Assembly: GCF_025273655.1 (NCBI RefSeq)
Contig: NZ_CP045921.1
Span: 360,001-392,000, forward strand
Source: Candidatus Saccharimonadota bacterium
Lineage (GTDB): Bacteria; Patescibacteriota; Saccharimonadia; Saccharimonadales; Saccharimonadaceae
DNA length: 32,000 bases
Direction: 5' to 3'
Shown here: one piece after another, positions 6,065 to 14,602 of the stretch
Layout: each line of letters starts with the position of its first letter
How positions within the stretch are numbered: the first letter of the stretch is position 1
Notes under the pieces: model-generated
What the model was told of the DNA's origin: nothing
The model's database searches: none
What the model saw: the letters and a program-made list of their open reading frames with translations, nothing else
Translations under genes and position numbers: made by a program

Positions 6065-7468
6065 CTAGTCCTCGAGTTCAGCTTGTTTGGCTTTTTTGTA
6101 TGCTTTAGTGACCGGAGCTTTACCCTCGGCTATGCGCTGCTTGTTTGCCTTGACCTGTTTCTCGTCGATGAAGCTGAATTTGATCGGTGTACCGGCGTAG
6201 TTATAGGTCTCACGGATGAGGCGTTCGAGATAGCGTTTGTAGCTCCAGTGAACGAATTTGAGATTGCTACCGTGGATGACGAACCATGGCGGCATGGTGT
6301 CTGTCTGTACGATATAGCGCAGGCGTGGATGAGTGTTTTTAAGACCTGATGGCGGGTGGGCCTGGACGGCTTTCTGCAATAAGTCATTAAGCACGCGCGT
6401 CTTAGTCTCTTGATCGCGGCGAGTTTCGATATCAAGTGCCAGGTCGAAGACTTTAGTGACGTTTTGGCCGGTGACAGAGCTTGTGAAGATGAGTGGTGCC
6501 CAGGGTACGAATTTGAGGTGGCGGCTGATTTGGGGCGCCAACGCGTCACGGGTAAACGCATCTTTGCCTTCGACTGAGTCCCATTTACTCACTACGACGA
6601 TGAGGCCTTTGCCAGCTTCGGCGATGATGCCGGCCAAGCGTTGGTCGAGTGCTACACCGATCTCGTTGACGTCGATGAGGAGCAAGCAGACGTCAGCTTC
6701 TTCGATGGCTTGGAGAGTGCGTAGGACGCTAAACTTCTCAATCCCCCGTTCTTGTTTGCCCTGGCGTCGCACACCAGCGGTGTCGAGAAGCTCGATAGTG
6801 CGTTGATTGTATTTGATTTGTACTCGGTTGACGTCGCGTGTCGTGCCAGCGATGTTGGCCACGAGTGCCTGCTGTTTGCCGGCGAGAGTGTTGAAAAGAT
6901 TACTTTTACCGACATTTGGACGGCCTATAAGTGCGACGCGGAACACGTCGTCGGCTTCTGCTTCGGTGCGACGTGGGATTTCTTGCACGATAGTATCGAG
7001 CAGGCCGATCGTGCCACGATTGTGCTCGGCGCTTGTCTGGACAATCTGCTTGATACCAAGGCGCTTGAATTCGTCGCTTGGCAGGCTGCCTTTGAGATCG
7101 GTTTTGTTGAGCACGAGGATAACTGGCTTTTTGCTCTTCAATGCTTTCTTTGCCACCAGGCGGTCATGATCTGAGACATACATGGTGCTGTCGACGACGA
7201 CAAGGATGACGTCTGCGGCTACAGCCGCCTCTTCAATCTGCTCTTGGATACTGGCTTCGAATTCGTCGTCGGGATCTTTCATGCCGGCGGTGTCGACGAG
7301 CCAAAATTGGAAACCATCGTGCTCTACCCTACCAAGTACGTTGTCGCGCGTGGTCCCGGCTTCGCGGGCAACGATTGCCTGCTGCGCACGCACCATACGA
7401 TTAAAAAGCGAACTCTTGCCGACGTTCGCTTGACCGATAATTGCTACGGTTGGGAGCTTGCTTGCCAT
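6065..7468 (-). CDS. der: Ribosome-associated GTPase Der (EngA)
   Basis: 467 aa with two tandem GTPase domains (GQANVGKSS and GRPNVGKSN P-loops, DTAG motifs twice, NKTD/SKWD) plus a C-terminal KH-like domain. Confidence 0.97.
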   Translation of the reverse strand: MASKLPTVAIIGQANVGKSSLFNRMVRAQQAIVAREAGTTRDNVLGRVEHDGFQFWLVDTAGMKDPDDEFEASIQEQIEEAAVAADVILVVVDSTMYVSDHDRLVAKKALKSKKPVILVLNKTDLKGSLPSDEFKRLGIKQIVQTSAEHNRGTIGLLDTIVQEIPRRTEAEADDVFRVALIGRPNVGKSNLFNTLAGKQQALVANIAGTTRDVNRVQIKYNQRTIELLDTAGVRRQGKQERGIEKFSVLRTLQAIEEADVCLLLIDVNEIGVALDQRLAGIIAEAGKGLIVVVSKWDSVEGKDAFTRDALAPQISRHLKFVPWAPLIFTSSVTGQNVTKVFDLALDIETRRDQETKTRVLNDLLQKAVQAHPPSGLKNTHPRLRYIVQTDTMPPWFVIHGSNLKFVHWSYKRYLERLIRETYNYAGTPIKFSFIDEKQVKANKQRIAEGKAPVTKAYKKAKQAELED

Positions 7469-7478
7469 GTGATGCTAA

Positions 7479-8144
7479 TTATACCAGAGGTAGCGAGTCT
7501 TTGCGAGCATGAGCAGTTTGCGCATAGGTTGCGCTGAATAGACGGGGGTCTTTGATGCAGATGTCGAGTAGTGCAAATGAGATAGGTGCGAGCTGATGGG
7601 CTTTTTGAGCTCGGCAGATTTTGGCGGGGTCGATATCTTTGTTCTCTTGCTCTTCATAACTTGCTCTGAATTGTCCTAAGGAATACGAGAGACCAGGATG
7701 TGAAAGTCTCCCGCTTTGCCATTTGTAGATATATGCTTCGGGCACCTCAAGTGTACACGTGGCATCTTGGCCTAGGCATAACATGCCCTCTAGATGGCGC
7801 GCAACGGCATTGGGCTGCGATGCTATATCGGCTAGGGGCAGCATGGCCGCTTCTGACTGCAGATAACCTATAGCATCCGAGTACTCCACCTCCTGCTCTG
7901 CTGCAGCGGAGATGGCGTGATCTAAATAGCGCATGATAACCTTTGTACCATGCTCAATACCGCCCTTTTGCCCATCGCTTAGATCCGTTATACGCTTGTC
8001 GACGCTTGCTTGATAGATTTCCTGAAGTGTGTGTTCTGCGGCTCCCACGTACGGTATATGTAAAGCTGCGGTAGTTTCGAGCGACTCGTCACCGCTCCAA
8101 TTGGCTGCCGCGGTTGTGAATTCATGTCCAAATGACCGCATCAT
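7479..8144 (-). CDS. Hypothetical protein (221 aa)
   Basis: Long ORF with normal composition, in line with der downstream. No family recognised. Confidence 0.65.
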   Translation of the reverse strand: MMRSFGHEFTTAAANWSGDESLETTAALHIPYVGAAEHTLQEIYQASVDKRITDLSDGQKGGIEHGTKVIMRYLDHAISAAAEQEVEYSDAIGYLQSEAAMLPLADIASQPNAVARHLEGMLCLGQDATCTLEVPEAYIYKWQSGRLSHPGLSYSLGQFRASYEEQENKDIDPAKICRAQKAHQLAPISFALLDICIKDPRLFSATYAQTAHARKDSLPLV

Positions 8145-8164
8145 GATTTATATACAATACCTTT

Positions 8165-8220
8165 TTTGGGTAAAAATGCAAAACGGGCATGACACCGACT
8201 TTCGTCGAGGCCATGCCCGT
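8165..8220 (-). terminator. Rho-independent terminator candidate downstream of the lipoprotein gene
   Basis: 9-bp stem ACGGGCATG(8183-8191)/CATGCCCGT(8212-8220) with an inner CGAC/GTCG pairing. On the minus strand it is followed by TTTGCATTTTTACCC. Confidence 0.6.
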
Positions 8221-8231
8221 GCGCACAGAGC

Positions 8232-9344
8232 TTACTCCTTTCTGGGCGATGGATAGATGGAGAGACCAGACAGTTGGCTGACATCATACCGATGCGTGAC
8301 GCCACTATGGCGCTGCCAGCTGCTCACCATGAGGGTGAGATTGTTTTTCGTCGACAGCGGATGAATGAATCCGCCGTAGAGAAAGTCCAATTCGTGGTAT
8401 GTGACTTGCACTGTCGGTGCACTCCACTGACCAGTTGGCTTGTCGGTGTAGCGTGTCACGATCGCGCCAGTGGTGAGATCGAAATACGCCATAACCCATG
8501 TGCCGTCCTGCAGTTTGCGCAGCGACGGTTCACCGAAGCGTCCACGGAGGATGCCTCGAGTGCAAGTGGTTGTCCACTTGGTGCCATTCCAGCAGCGGTA
8601 AGCAGTTGGCGTGAGAATATCCCGCCAGGGTACCCGTCGTAGGAACATGGGACCATCGACACGACCAGCGCGGACGCCGATCATGTAGACGTAGTCGCCA
8701 TCGAGCTGCATGGAGACCATCTGGGTAGCACTTCTGCCACCGCGACTACCCCATCTCACGCCGGTCCGATGAAAACTATTGCCGTCATCGGTGCTAAGCG
8801 CAAGCTCAGAGTAATTGGTGGTCCAAGTACCTGGTGGCCATCCTGAAACGCTCTGGAGTGACATTACCTGACGACCGTCGGGTAATACTACAACATCATT
8901 TGGTATAGCGCTGACTTCTCCGCCGCTGTTGTGGCCGTTGTGAGTCACTTCGGGTGTATAGCCGTCTCCTTGGATGCCTGCAGCATCGTCGAACTGAATC
9001 ATCTGATGCTTTGGGTCGCTCGACGAATGCAGGATCACAGGTGAACGCCAGCCGTTACCACTATCGGGCGTTGGCGACGAAAATGTATCACCAAATGTAA
9101 TACCTACACTGCCGTCACGTCGCAGATATGGGATACCTAGATCGGTGCCACATACACTCCAACGTGCACAGGCCTCGTTATTCGCCGTGCCGGTGAGGCG
9201 TGTGAGCGAGCGAGGCTGTTCGGGCGCGTAGGGCTGCTTAGGCTCAACGCGCTCGAGTGCACCAGTGGTGCCGCTGCCAAGCGTGACTGCCGTACAAGAC
9301 GACAATGCTGCAAGGCAAAGCAAGATCAGCAAGAAACGTCTCAT
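8232..9344 (-). CDS. Secreted lipoprotein, DUF4185-like (putative glycoside hydrolase fold)
   Basis: MRRFLLILLCLAALSSC lipobox. The motifs CGTDLG..FGDTF..WRSPVILHSS..DGDYVYMIGVRAGR..FGEPSL..LYGGFIHP match my recollection of DUF4185. ATG 9344 is preferred over TTG 9356 because GGAGA lies upstream of it. Confidence 0.75.
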   Translation of the reverse strand: MRRFLLILLCLAALSSCTAVTLGSGTTGALERVEPKQPYAPEQPRSLTRLTGTANNEACARWSVCGTDLGIPYLRRDGSVGITFGDTFSSPTPDSGNGWRSPVILHSSSDPKHQMIQFDDAAGIQGDGYTPEVTHNGHNSGGEVSAIPNDVVVLPDGRQVMSLQSVSGWPPGTWTTNYSELALSTDDGNSFHRTGVRWGSRGGRSATQMVSMQLDGDYVYMIGVRAGRVDGPMFLRRVPWRDILTPTAYRCWNGTKWTTTCTRGILRGRFGEPSLRKLQDGTWVMAYFDLTTGAIVTRYTDKPTGQWSAPTVQVTYHELDFLYGGFIHPLSTKNNLTLMVSSWQRHSGVTHRYDVSQLSGLSIYPSPRKE

Positions 9345-9452
9345 TGCTTTCTCCAATCTAAATTGTCTCTGTACGACTACCGGATCTCGATAGTATATAC
9401 ATTATACCATAAATACTTTATTTTTTCAAGTATTGATGATATAATTATATGT

Positions 9453-9803
9453 ATGACGAGCAGTGCAAAGGAGACATTAAGTGTCGATAATGCTGAACTA
9501 CAACAGGTTGCCACATGGTACGATGAGGCTGCCCAACTTGATGTAGGCGAAGAGATGCCTGGTTGCGCTGCGCGCATGTCACCTAGACAACTCGCCTACA
9601 TAATGAATCGCTGTATGGATGATGTGGTGCAGAACGCTACCGATGCCGGATATCGTCCACCACGCACGGCGCACGAAATCGAGACATTCTCGAAAGGCTA
9701 TTATATGCGTCTCCAGGAAAACCACAGTTTTACTCAGAAGCAGCTGCCGCGATTGCTTGATGCCCTGTCGTCGCAGTGGTATTCAGAAGTTAAGACATGG
9801 TAA
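9453..9803 (+). CDS. Hypothetical protein (116 aa)
   Basis: ORF track starts at 9363, but that part is AT-rich promoter-like sequence. ATG 9453 has TATAAT (9440-9445) 7 nt upstream. No family recognised. Confidence 0.55.
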   Translation: MTSSAKETLSVDNAELQQVATWYDEAAQLDVGEEMPGCAARMSPRQLAYIMNRCMDDVVQNATDAGYRPPRTAHEIETFSKGYYMRLQENHSFTQKQLPRLLDALSSQWYSEVKTW

Positions 9804-9806
9804 GTA

Positions 9807-10502
9807 TCATTTTTTGGTCACGGTTTGGTGAGTGCCTGCCTTGAGGTCGGCGAGTTGATATTCACCGAAGTGAGTGCGGTGCAGCTGAGTGACAGTATAG
9901 CCCAAGCTACTAAACGTGCGACGTATCTGGCGATTGCGACCTTCGCTCATGGTGACAAGCCAGGCTCGTCGTGAGTCTTCCGACTTTCTTTCAAGCGTGA
10001 GCTTACTTGGTCCGTCCTCTAGTTGTACGCCAAAATCGTTGATCATCTGCTGATGAAGCGGTGCGAGATCTTGATTGAGTATGATTTCGTAGCGTTTGAG
10101 TTTGTAGTACTTTGGGTGGGTCATGGCTTGAGCGAAATCGCCGTCGTCGGTGAGCAGTATGAGACCAGAGCTGTCTGCGTCGAGGCGACCTACCGGTTTG
10201 AGGTGGTGAAGCTCTCTGGGCAGAAGCTCGTAGATAGTAGGCGTGTCTCCTTGGCGCCGACGCGAGCATACATAGCCTGTTGGTTTGTGTAGTGCAATAT
10301 ACGTATATGACTGCTTTTTGGTGAGCGGCTTATTGTTGACCATGACTGTTTGTGCTGGTGCAATCCGTGCACCGAGCATAGCTGGGGCGCCGTCTATTGT
10401 CACGGCTCCGTGTGCGATCAATGCGTCGGCTTTGCGACGAGAGACGCCGAGATGAAATGCCAAAAACTTGTTGAGTCGTTCGGAAGAATTATCAGGAGAC
10501 AT
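9807..10502 (-). CDS. S4-domain pseudouridine synthase (RsuA/RluB family)
   Basis: N-terminal S4 RNA-binding motif (RLNKFLAFHLGVSRRKADALI) and catalytic GRLDADSSGLILLTDDG motif. Confidence 0.92.
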   Translation of the reverse strand: MSPDNSSERLNKFLAFHLGVSRRKADALIAHGAVTIDGAPAMLGARIAPAQTVMVNNKPLTKKQSYTYIALHKPTGYVCSRRRQGDTPTIYELLPRELHHLKPVGRLDADSSGLILLTDDGDFAQAMTHPKYYKLKRYEIILNQDLAPLHQQMINDFGVQLEDGPSKLTLERKSEDSRRAWLVTMSEGRNRQIRRTFSSLGYTVTQLHRTHFGEYQLADLKAGTHQTVTKK

Positions 10503-10527
10503 AGCCTATAGTATAGCGAATCTGCCG

Positions 10528-11346
10528 CTATGAGGCTACAGGTGGCTGAGGGGGCTGTGACGCTGTTGGCGCGGGTGTCTCGGGCGCGATGGTTGGCACG
10601 CCTGCACTCGCGAGCTCTGCAGCAATACGACTTGCCATGTCGTCTGGTGTCGGGGTGTCGTTTGCAACAGGCTGGATAACGCGCTCGCCTAGGGTAGCTG
10701 GTCGAGGCGATGAGAATGGCGCAGTTGGCTGTGGGAGCTCTCCTGTCGGTGCGTCAGCTGCGGGCGTAGCTACTGGGGTAGGTGGTGTTGGGGCTGCAGG
10801 GGCCGTCGGTGCACTTGGCACGGGTGTGGCCGTCGGTGCTACAGGTGTTGCTTGTGCTGGCGCGGGCTGGGCGTCGGGTGTGGCTGGTACTGCTGGCTGC
10901 GGTGCACTTGGCACGGGTGCTACAGGTGCTGCAGGCGCAGGTGCTGCAGGTTTGGCAAAGGTGTTTTGTGCGACAGGCGCATCGGCCAGTACTTCATGTA
11001 CGGTACGAACTACATCTTCGATACCTACCTGTGATTTGACAAGATAGCGGTCAGCGCCGAGCTGCTCGCCGCGAGCGCGTTGATCTTCGCTAGAGAGCGC
11101 GGTCATCATGATGACTTTGATGTCCTTGGTCTCAGTCGTAGAGCGAAGGATATCGAGCATATCAAAGCCGCTGATTTTTGGCATCATGACATCGCTGACG
11201 ATGAGCTGTGGGCGTTCTTTGATAGCCATGGCCAGCGCTTCTTCGCCATCACCTGCTGATACGATGTCGTAGCCTTCGGCGAGTAGTCGCACTCCATAAA
11301 TTTCTCTCAGGCTTTTGTCGTCTTCTACGAGTAGTATCTTGGTCAT
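10528..11346 (-). CDS. Response regulator: receiver domain plus ~150-aa Pro/Ala-rich tail, with no recognisable output domain
   Basis: KILLVEDD, SDVMMP (phospho-acceptor Asp context) and YLVKSQ (conserved Lys). The remainder is PAAPAPAAPVAPVPSAP..-type low complexity. GGAGA SD upstream. Confidence 0.9.
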   Translation of the reverse strand: MTKILLVEDDKSLREIYGVRLLAEGYDIVSAGDGEEALAMAIKERPQLIVSDVMMPKISGFDMLDILRSTTETKDIKVIMMTALSSEDQRARGEQLGADRYLVKSQVGIEDVVRTVHEVLADAPVAQNTFAKPAAPAPAAPVAPVPSAPQPAVPATPDAQPAPAQATPVAPTATPVPSAPTAPAAPTPPTPVATPAADAPTGELPQPTAPFSSPRPATLGERVIQPVANDTPTPDDMASRIAAELASAGVPTIAPETPAPTASQPPQPPVAS

Positions 11347-11404
11347 ATTGTCTCCATTGTACCTATGCTTTTACAAAAATACCATACTTCTTATGCACAA
11401 ATCA

Positions 11405-13489
11405 TCATTTCGGCTGTTCGGGACGTGGCGCAATGTACTGTGCCGGGTTGCGTTCGAGTGATGAAAGTGGGATATTGGCTCGTTCAGGGCGTGGGGTGGC
11501 ACGTGGTGTTGTGGTCGTAGCTACTGGGGCGACGAGAGTATTTGGTTCAGCTGGGCTGACGATGGGCTGGGCTGATATAGCCGTGGGAGCGGCGGGTGCT
11601 GGCGCGTACGCAACAGCTCCAAAGCGACGTGGCTCTGGGTCTTCGAACTGAATCGGCTCGGAGGCAAGGCTGCTGGCGGGCTCTGGTGTGGCGGGTGCGA
11701 GCTCTACGGGTACTGCTTCTGCGGCAGCCGGAGTCGGCGCAGCGGTTTCGGCAATTGGCGCTGGCGCTGGAGTGACAACTGGCGCGCTCTCGACAGTGCC
11801 AAGTTCGCTTGCCACGTTAGCGGTGTCGCTGGCTGGTTGAGCACTGGCTTGTCGAGCAGCGAGTGCTTCGCGCTCCATAAGCTCGGTGGCTTTGAGGCGG
11901 TCCATGCGAGGGATCTCGATATAGAATGTACTTCCCTTTTTGTACTCACTCTCGACCCAGATGCGGCCGTCCATGGCCTCGATGAGTTTGCGACAGAGAT
12001 AGAGTCCTAGGCCAGTGCCGCCGATCTCGCGGGTGTCACTGTTGTCGACACGGTAGAATTTTTGGAACAAGTGCGGTAAATCTTCGGCGGGGATACCAAG
12101 ACCACTGTCGGCGATGGCAACGCGTACATAGTCGTCTGTAGCGGTCACGTCAACCGTCACGCTGCCCTCGAGGGTGTATTTGACAGCATTCTCCACCAAG
12201 TTGTCGAGGACCTCGCGGAGGTGATCTTTGTCGACATGGGCGAAGAGGACGGGTGATATGACAGTGGTGCCAGTTGTTGTCTTAGAGCCATCTGGCTTAT
12301 AAATAAGCTCTAGACCCTTGTCGCTGGCTTTTGCTTGGAGGCCGACGACGATATCTCGGGTAAACTCAACAACATCGATGACCGCAGGAGTTTCTTTAAG
12401 GCGGCCATCGTCTGCTTTGGTGACGTCTAGCAAGTCCTGGAACAAGTGACCCAGGTGCTGGGCGGATGCATGCGCTTTAGTGATGAAGTCGCGCGCTTTT
12501 TCGTCGATCGTGGCCGTGTTGGGGTTGAGTGCGAGACCCAGATAGCCCTCAATACTGGCGACCGGTGTGCGCATTTCGTGGCTGGCGGTGGAGATGAATT
12601 CAGCCTGGGCTTTTTCTTCGTCGCGTTCCTTGGTAATGTCACGGAATACTGCAATGGCGCCGTCACCTTCACCCATCGGGCTGATGACGAATGCGACATA
12701 GACTTTTTTGCCAGATTTGGTGATGATGCATAATTCGTTTTCGCGGACTTGCTGACCGACATTGAGAACGCGGCTCACTGGATTGGCGCCGCTCTCGATT
12801 GGGGTGCCATCGGCGTTTTGAAGCTTGAGGATCGACTCAAAGTGCAGGTGCAGACCATCGTCTGCCGACCAGCCGGTCATCTGCTGAGCGGCCGGGTTGA
12901 TCACCAGCACCTCGCCGGTTTGACTCACAACTATGACACCGTCACCGATGGCTTGGATAATTGCGTCGGATTTGGTCGACTCTTGTTCGAGTGACTTGTT
13001 GAGCTTAGTCATGTTTTGATCGTGTGCTTCCTCTATCGTCTCGCGTCCATGCCAGAGGATGTAACTAACGAACATCGGCAGGTTGCCGGCGATAGCTGCC
13101 ACGATAATGTCGGTACGGATGATTTGACCGCTAAAGAGGCTATAGGCAATGTATAAGTTGACAGCTACTGTAATGCCAGCTAGGCCGTATAGCCCATACA
13201 ATCCCGCAAATACACTGACTGCCATCCATACGGCGACGAATGGTGATCCGACTCCCCCGCTCTGGACGACAAGCAGTCCGGTCGTGACGACAAGCAGGCT
13301 GTAGAGCCCAGCAGAAAAAGGAATCAGCTTGTCTTTTGGTGTCCAAAAATAACAGACGATAGCTGCGATGGCAACAACTCCTGCAAGACCGGCAGTGACT
13401 GGCGAAATATAGAGTGTGCTCGCAAGTGAGCTATTGGTAGTGAGGTGCTGTCCCCAGATGTACAGCGCGATGATGAGTAACGCCAACAC
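11405..13489 (-). CDS. Membrane sensor histidine kinase (multi-TM N-terminus, PAS, HisKA, HATPase_c) with a ~170-aa Pro/Ala-rich C-terminal tail
   Basis: H-box STASHEMRTPV, N-box DNLVENAVKYT, G-boxes DSGLGI and GGTGLGL. PAS-like DGVIVVSQTGEVLVINPAAQQMTGW. Several N-terminal hydrophobic helices. GTG start. Confidence 0.92.
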   Translation of the reverse strand: MLALLIIALYIWGQHLTTNSSLASTLYISPVTAGLAGVVAIAAIVCYFWTPKDKLIPFSAGLYSLLVVTTGLLVVQSGGVGSPFVAVWMAVSVFAGLYGLYGLAGITVAVNLYIAYSLFSGQIIRTDIIVAAIAGNLPMFVSYILWHGRETIEEAHDQNMTKLNKSLEQESTKSDAIIQAIGDGVIVVSQTGEVLVINPAAQQMTGWSADDGLHLHFESILKLQNADGTPIESGANPVSRVLNVGQQVRENELCIITKSGKKVYVAFVISPMGEGDGAIAVFRDITKERDEEKAQAEFISTASHEMRTPVASIEGYLGLALNPNTATIDEKARDFITKAHASAQHLGHLFQDLLDVTKADDGRLKETPAVIDVVEFTRDIVVGLQAKASDKGLELIYKPDGSKTTTGTTVISPVLFAHVDKDHLREVLDNLVENAVKYTLEGSVTVDVTATDDYVRVAIADSGLGIPAEDLPHLFQKFYRVDNSDTREIGGTGLGLYLCRKLIEAMDGRIWVESEYKKGSTFYIEIPRMDRLKATELMEREALAARQASAQPASDTANVASELGTVESAPVVTPAPAPIAETAAPTPAAAEAVPVELAPATPEPASSLASEPIQFEDPEPRRFGAVAYAPAPAAPTAISAQPIVSPAEPNTLVAPVATTTTPRATPRPERANIPLSSLERNPAQYIAPRPEQPK

Positions 13490-13604
13490 GCCAGACGCCT
13501 CGCAGATGCGCCTGTGCCAAAACGTGGAAACGTATGGAGTTTCGATGTGTGCCCCCTATTACCGTGATTCTTCTTATGGCTTATTATCGCTCAAGCGCCC
13601 GTAA

Positions 13605-13642
13605 AAAGCAACAAAAATAACCCCTGAATAGACAGGGGTTAT
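13605..13642 (-). terminator. Rho-independent terminator downstream of the FMN reductase gene
   Basis: Perfect 10-bp stem ATAACCCCTG(13617-13626)/CAGGGGTTAT(13633-13642) with a 6-nt loop. On the minus strand it is followed by TTTTGTTGCTTTTTAC. Confidence 0.7.
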
Positions 13643-13659
13643 CGTGCGAATACGCTGGG

Positions 13660-14205
13660 CTACTTACTCGCGAGCGTCGAGAGGACATTTTGTACAGCCG
13701 CTACCTCGTCTGCAGAGACGCCACTGCCGGCAAATGTACCGTCAACGACTGTCGCCTCGCCAAGCTGAACACCGGCTGTCTCGGGTACGAGATCGGTCTT
13801 GAGAAAGCCGAGGATGTCGGCGAGATGCTTGCGTGCGCTAGCTGCGCCGCCCATGTAGCCGTAGCCCAAGATAGCAGTCGGCTTGTCGACCCATTCGCTC
13901 GACAGATAGTCGATGGCAGATTTGAGGCTGGCTGGGATGCTCTGATTATACTCTGGTGTGAGTACGACGAGGTGCTCAGCGCTGGCAACCTTCTCTCCCC
14001 AGGCGCGGGCTTCGTCGCTGTCGACCGGTGCATACTGGGGTGGTACTGGTGTGTCAAATTTCGGTAAGTTTTGTTCTTTGAGATCGAGTAGTTCGACGCT
14101 ATCGAACCCGGCTGCTTTTGCCTGTTCGCCTACCCATTCTGCGATACTGTGACCGAGGCGGTTGGTGCGGGTACTGCCGACGATGATACTAAGTGATTTG
14201 GACAT
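13660..14205 (-). CDS. NAD(P)H-dependent FMN reductase family oxidoreductase
   Basis: 181 aa. N-terminus LSIIVGSTRTNRLG and overall flavodoxin-like layout are typical of the FMN_red family. AAGGAGG SD upstream. Confidence 0.88.
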   Translation of the reverse strand: MSKSLSIIVGSTRTNRLGHSIAEWVGEQAKAAGFDSVELLDLKEQNLPKFDTPVPPQYAPVDSDEARAWGEKVASAEHLVVLTPEYNQSIPASLKSAIDYLSSEWVDKPTAILGYGYMGGAASARKHLADILGFLKTDLVPETAGVQLGEATVVDGTFAGSGVSADEVAAVQNVLSTLASK

Positions 14206-14296
14206 TGTTCCTCCTTATGGTAAAATATTACTATAAATACTGTAGTACTTTATATTGTATAGTACTATAGAAATTAAAGCAAGAGGTGCCTAGGCT

Positions 14297-14602
14297 ATGT
14301 CGATGTGTGATTCGTTCAAAAACGACCCTAAGTTCAAAGAAGCGCTCCGTGTGGTCGGTGATTTTTGGACGTTGCGTATTATTGCGGCACTCGAGAATGA
14401 AGATTTACGATTTTGCGGCATAGAGCGCGCACTGACAGATAGTAACCCTGCCACTCTGACGAACAGGCTCAAAAAGCTAGAAGAGCATAAGATCGTGGCG
14501 CGCCGTGAAGATAACGGTGATACGGTGTATACATTGACACGCCATGGCGCTGCCCTGCTACCTATCGTGCAGCAGGTGCATCAGTTTACCCAGGAGGTCT
14601 AA
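14297..14602 (+). CDS. HxlR-family transcriptional regulator
   Basis: 101 aa. DFWTLRIIAAL..LRFCGIERAL..NPATLTNRLKKLEEHKIVAR is the HxlR-type wHTH pattern. Divergent from the FMN reductase gene. Confidence 0.9.
   Translation: MSMCDSFKNDPKFKEALRVVGDFWTLRIIAALENEDLRFCGIERALTDSNPATLTNRLKKLEEHKIVARREDNGDTVYTLTRHGAALLPIVQQVHQFTQEV

Noticed and set aside
9363-9452. ORF-track start at 9363 for the 9363-9803 ORF
   Set aside because: The first 30 codons are AT-rich promoter sequence (Ile/Tyr/Phe-rich translation) containing the TATAAT box itself. ATG 9453 is the credible start.
10780-10960. Near-repeated GC-rich DNA in the response-regulator gene, considered as a possible repeat element
   Set aside because: It simply encodes the reiterated Pro/Ala-rich tail (VPSAP / PAAP units) and has no flanking element features.
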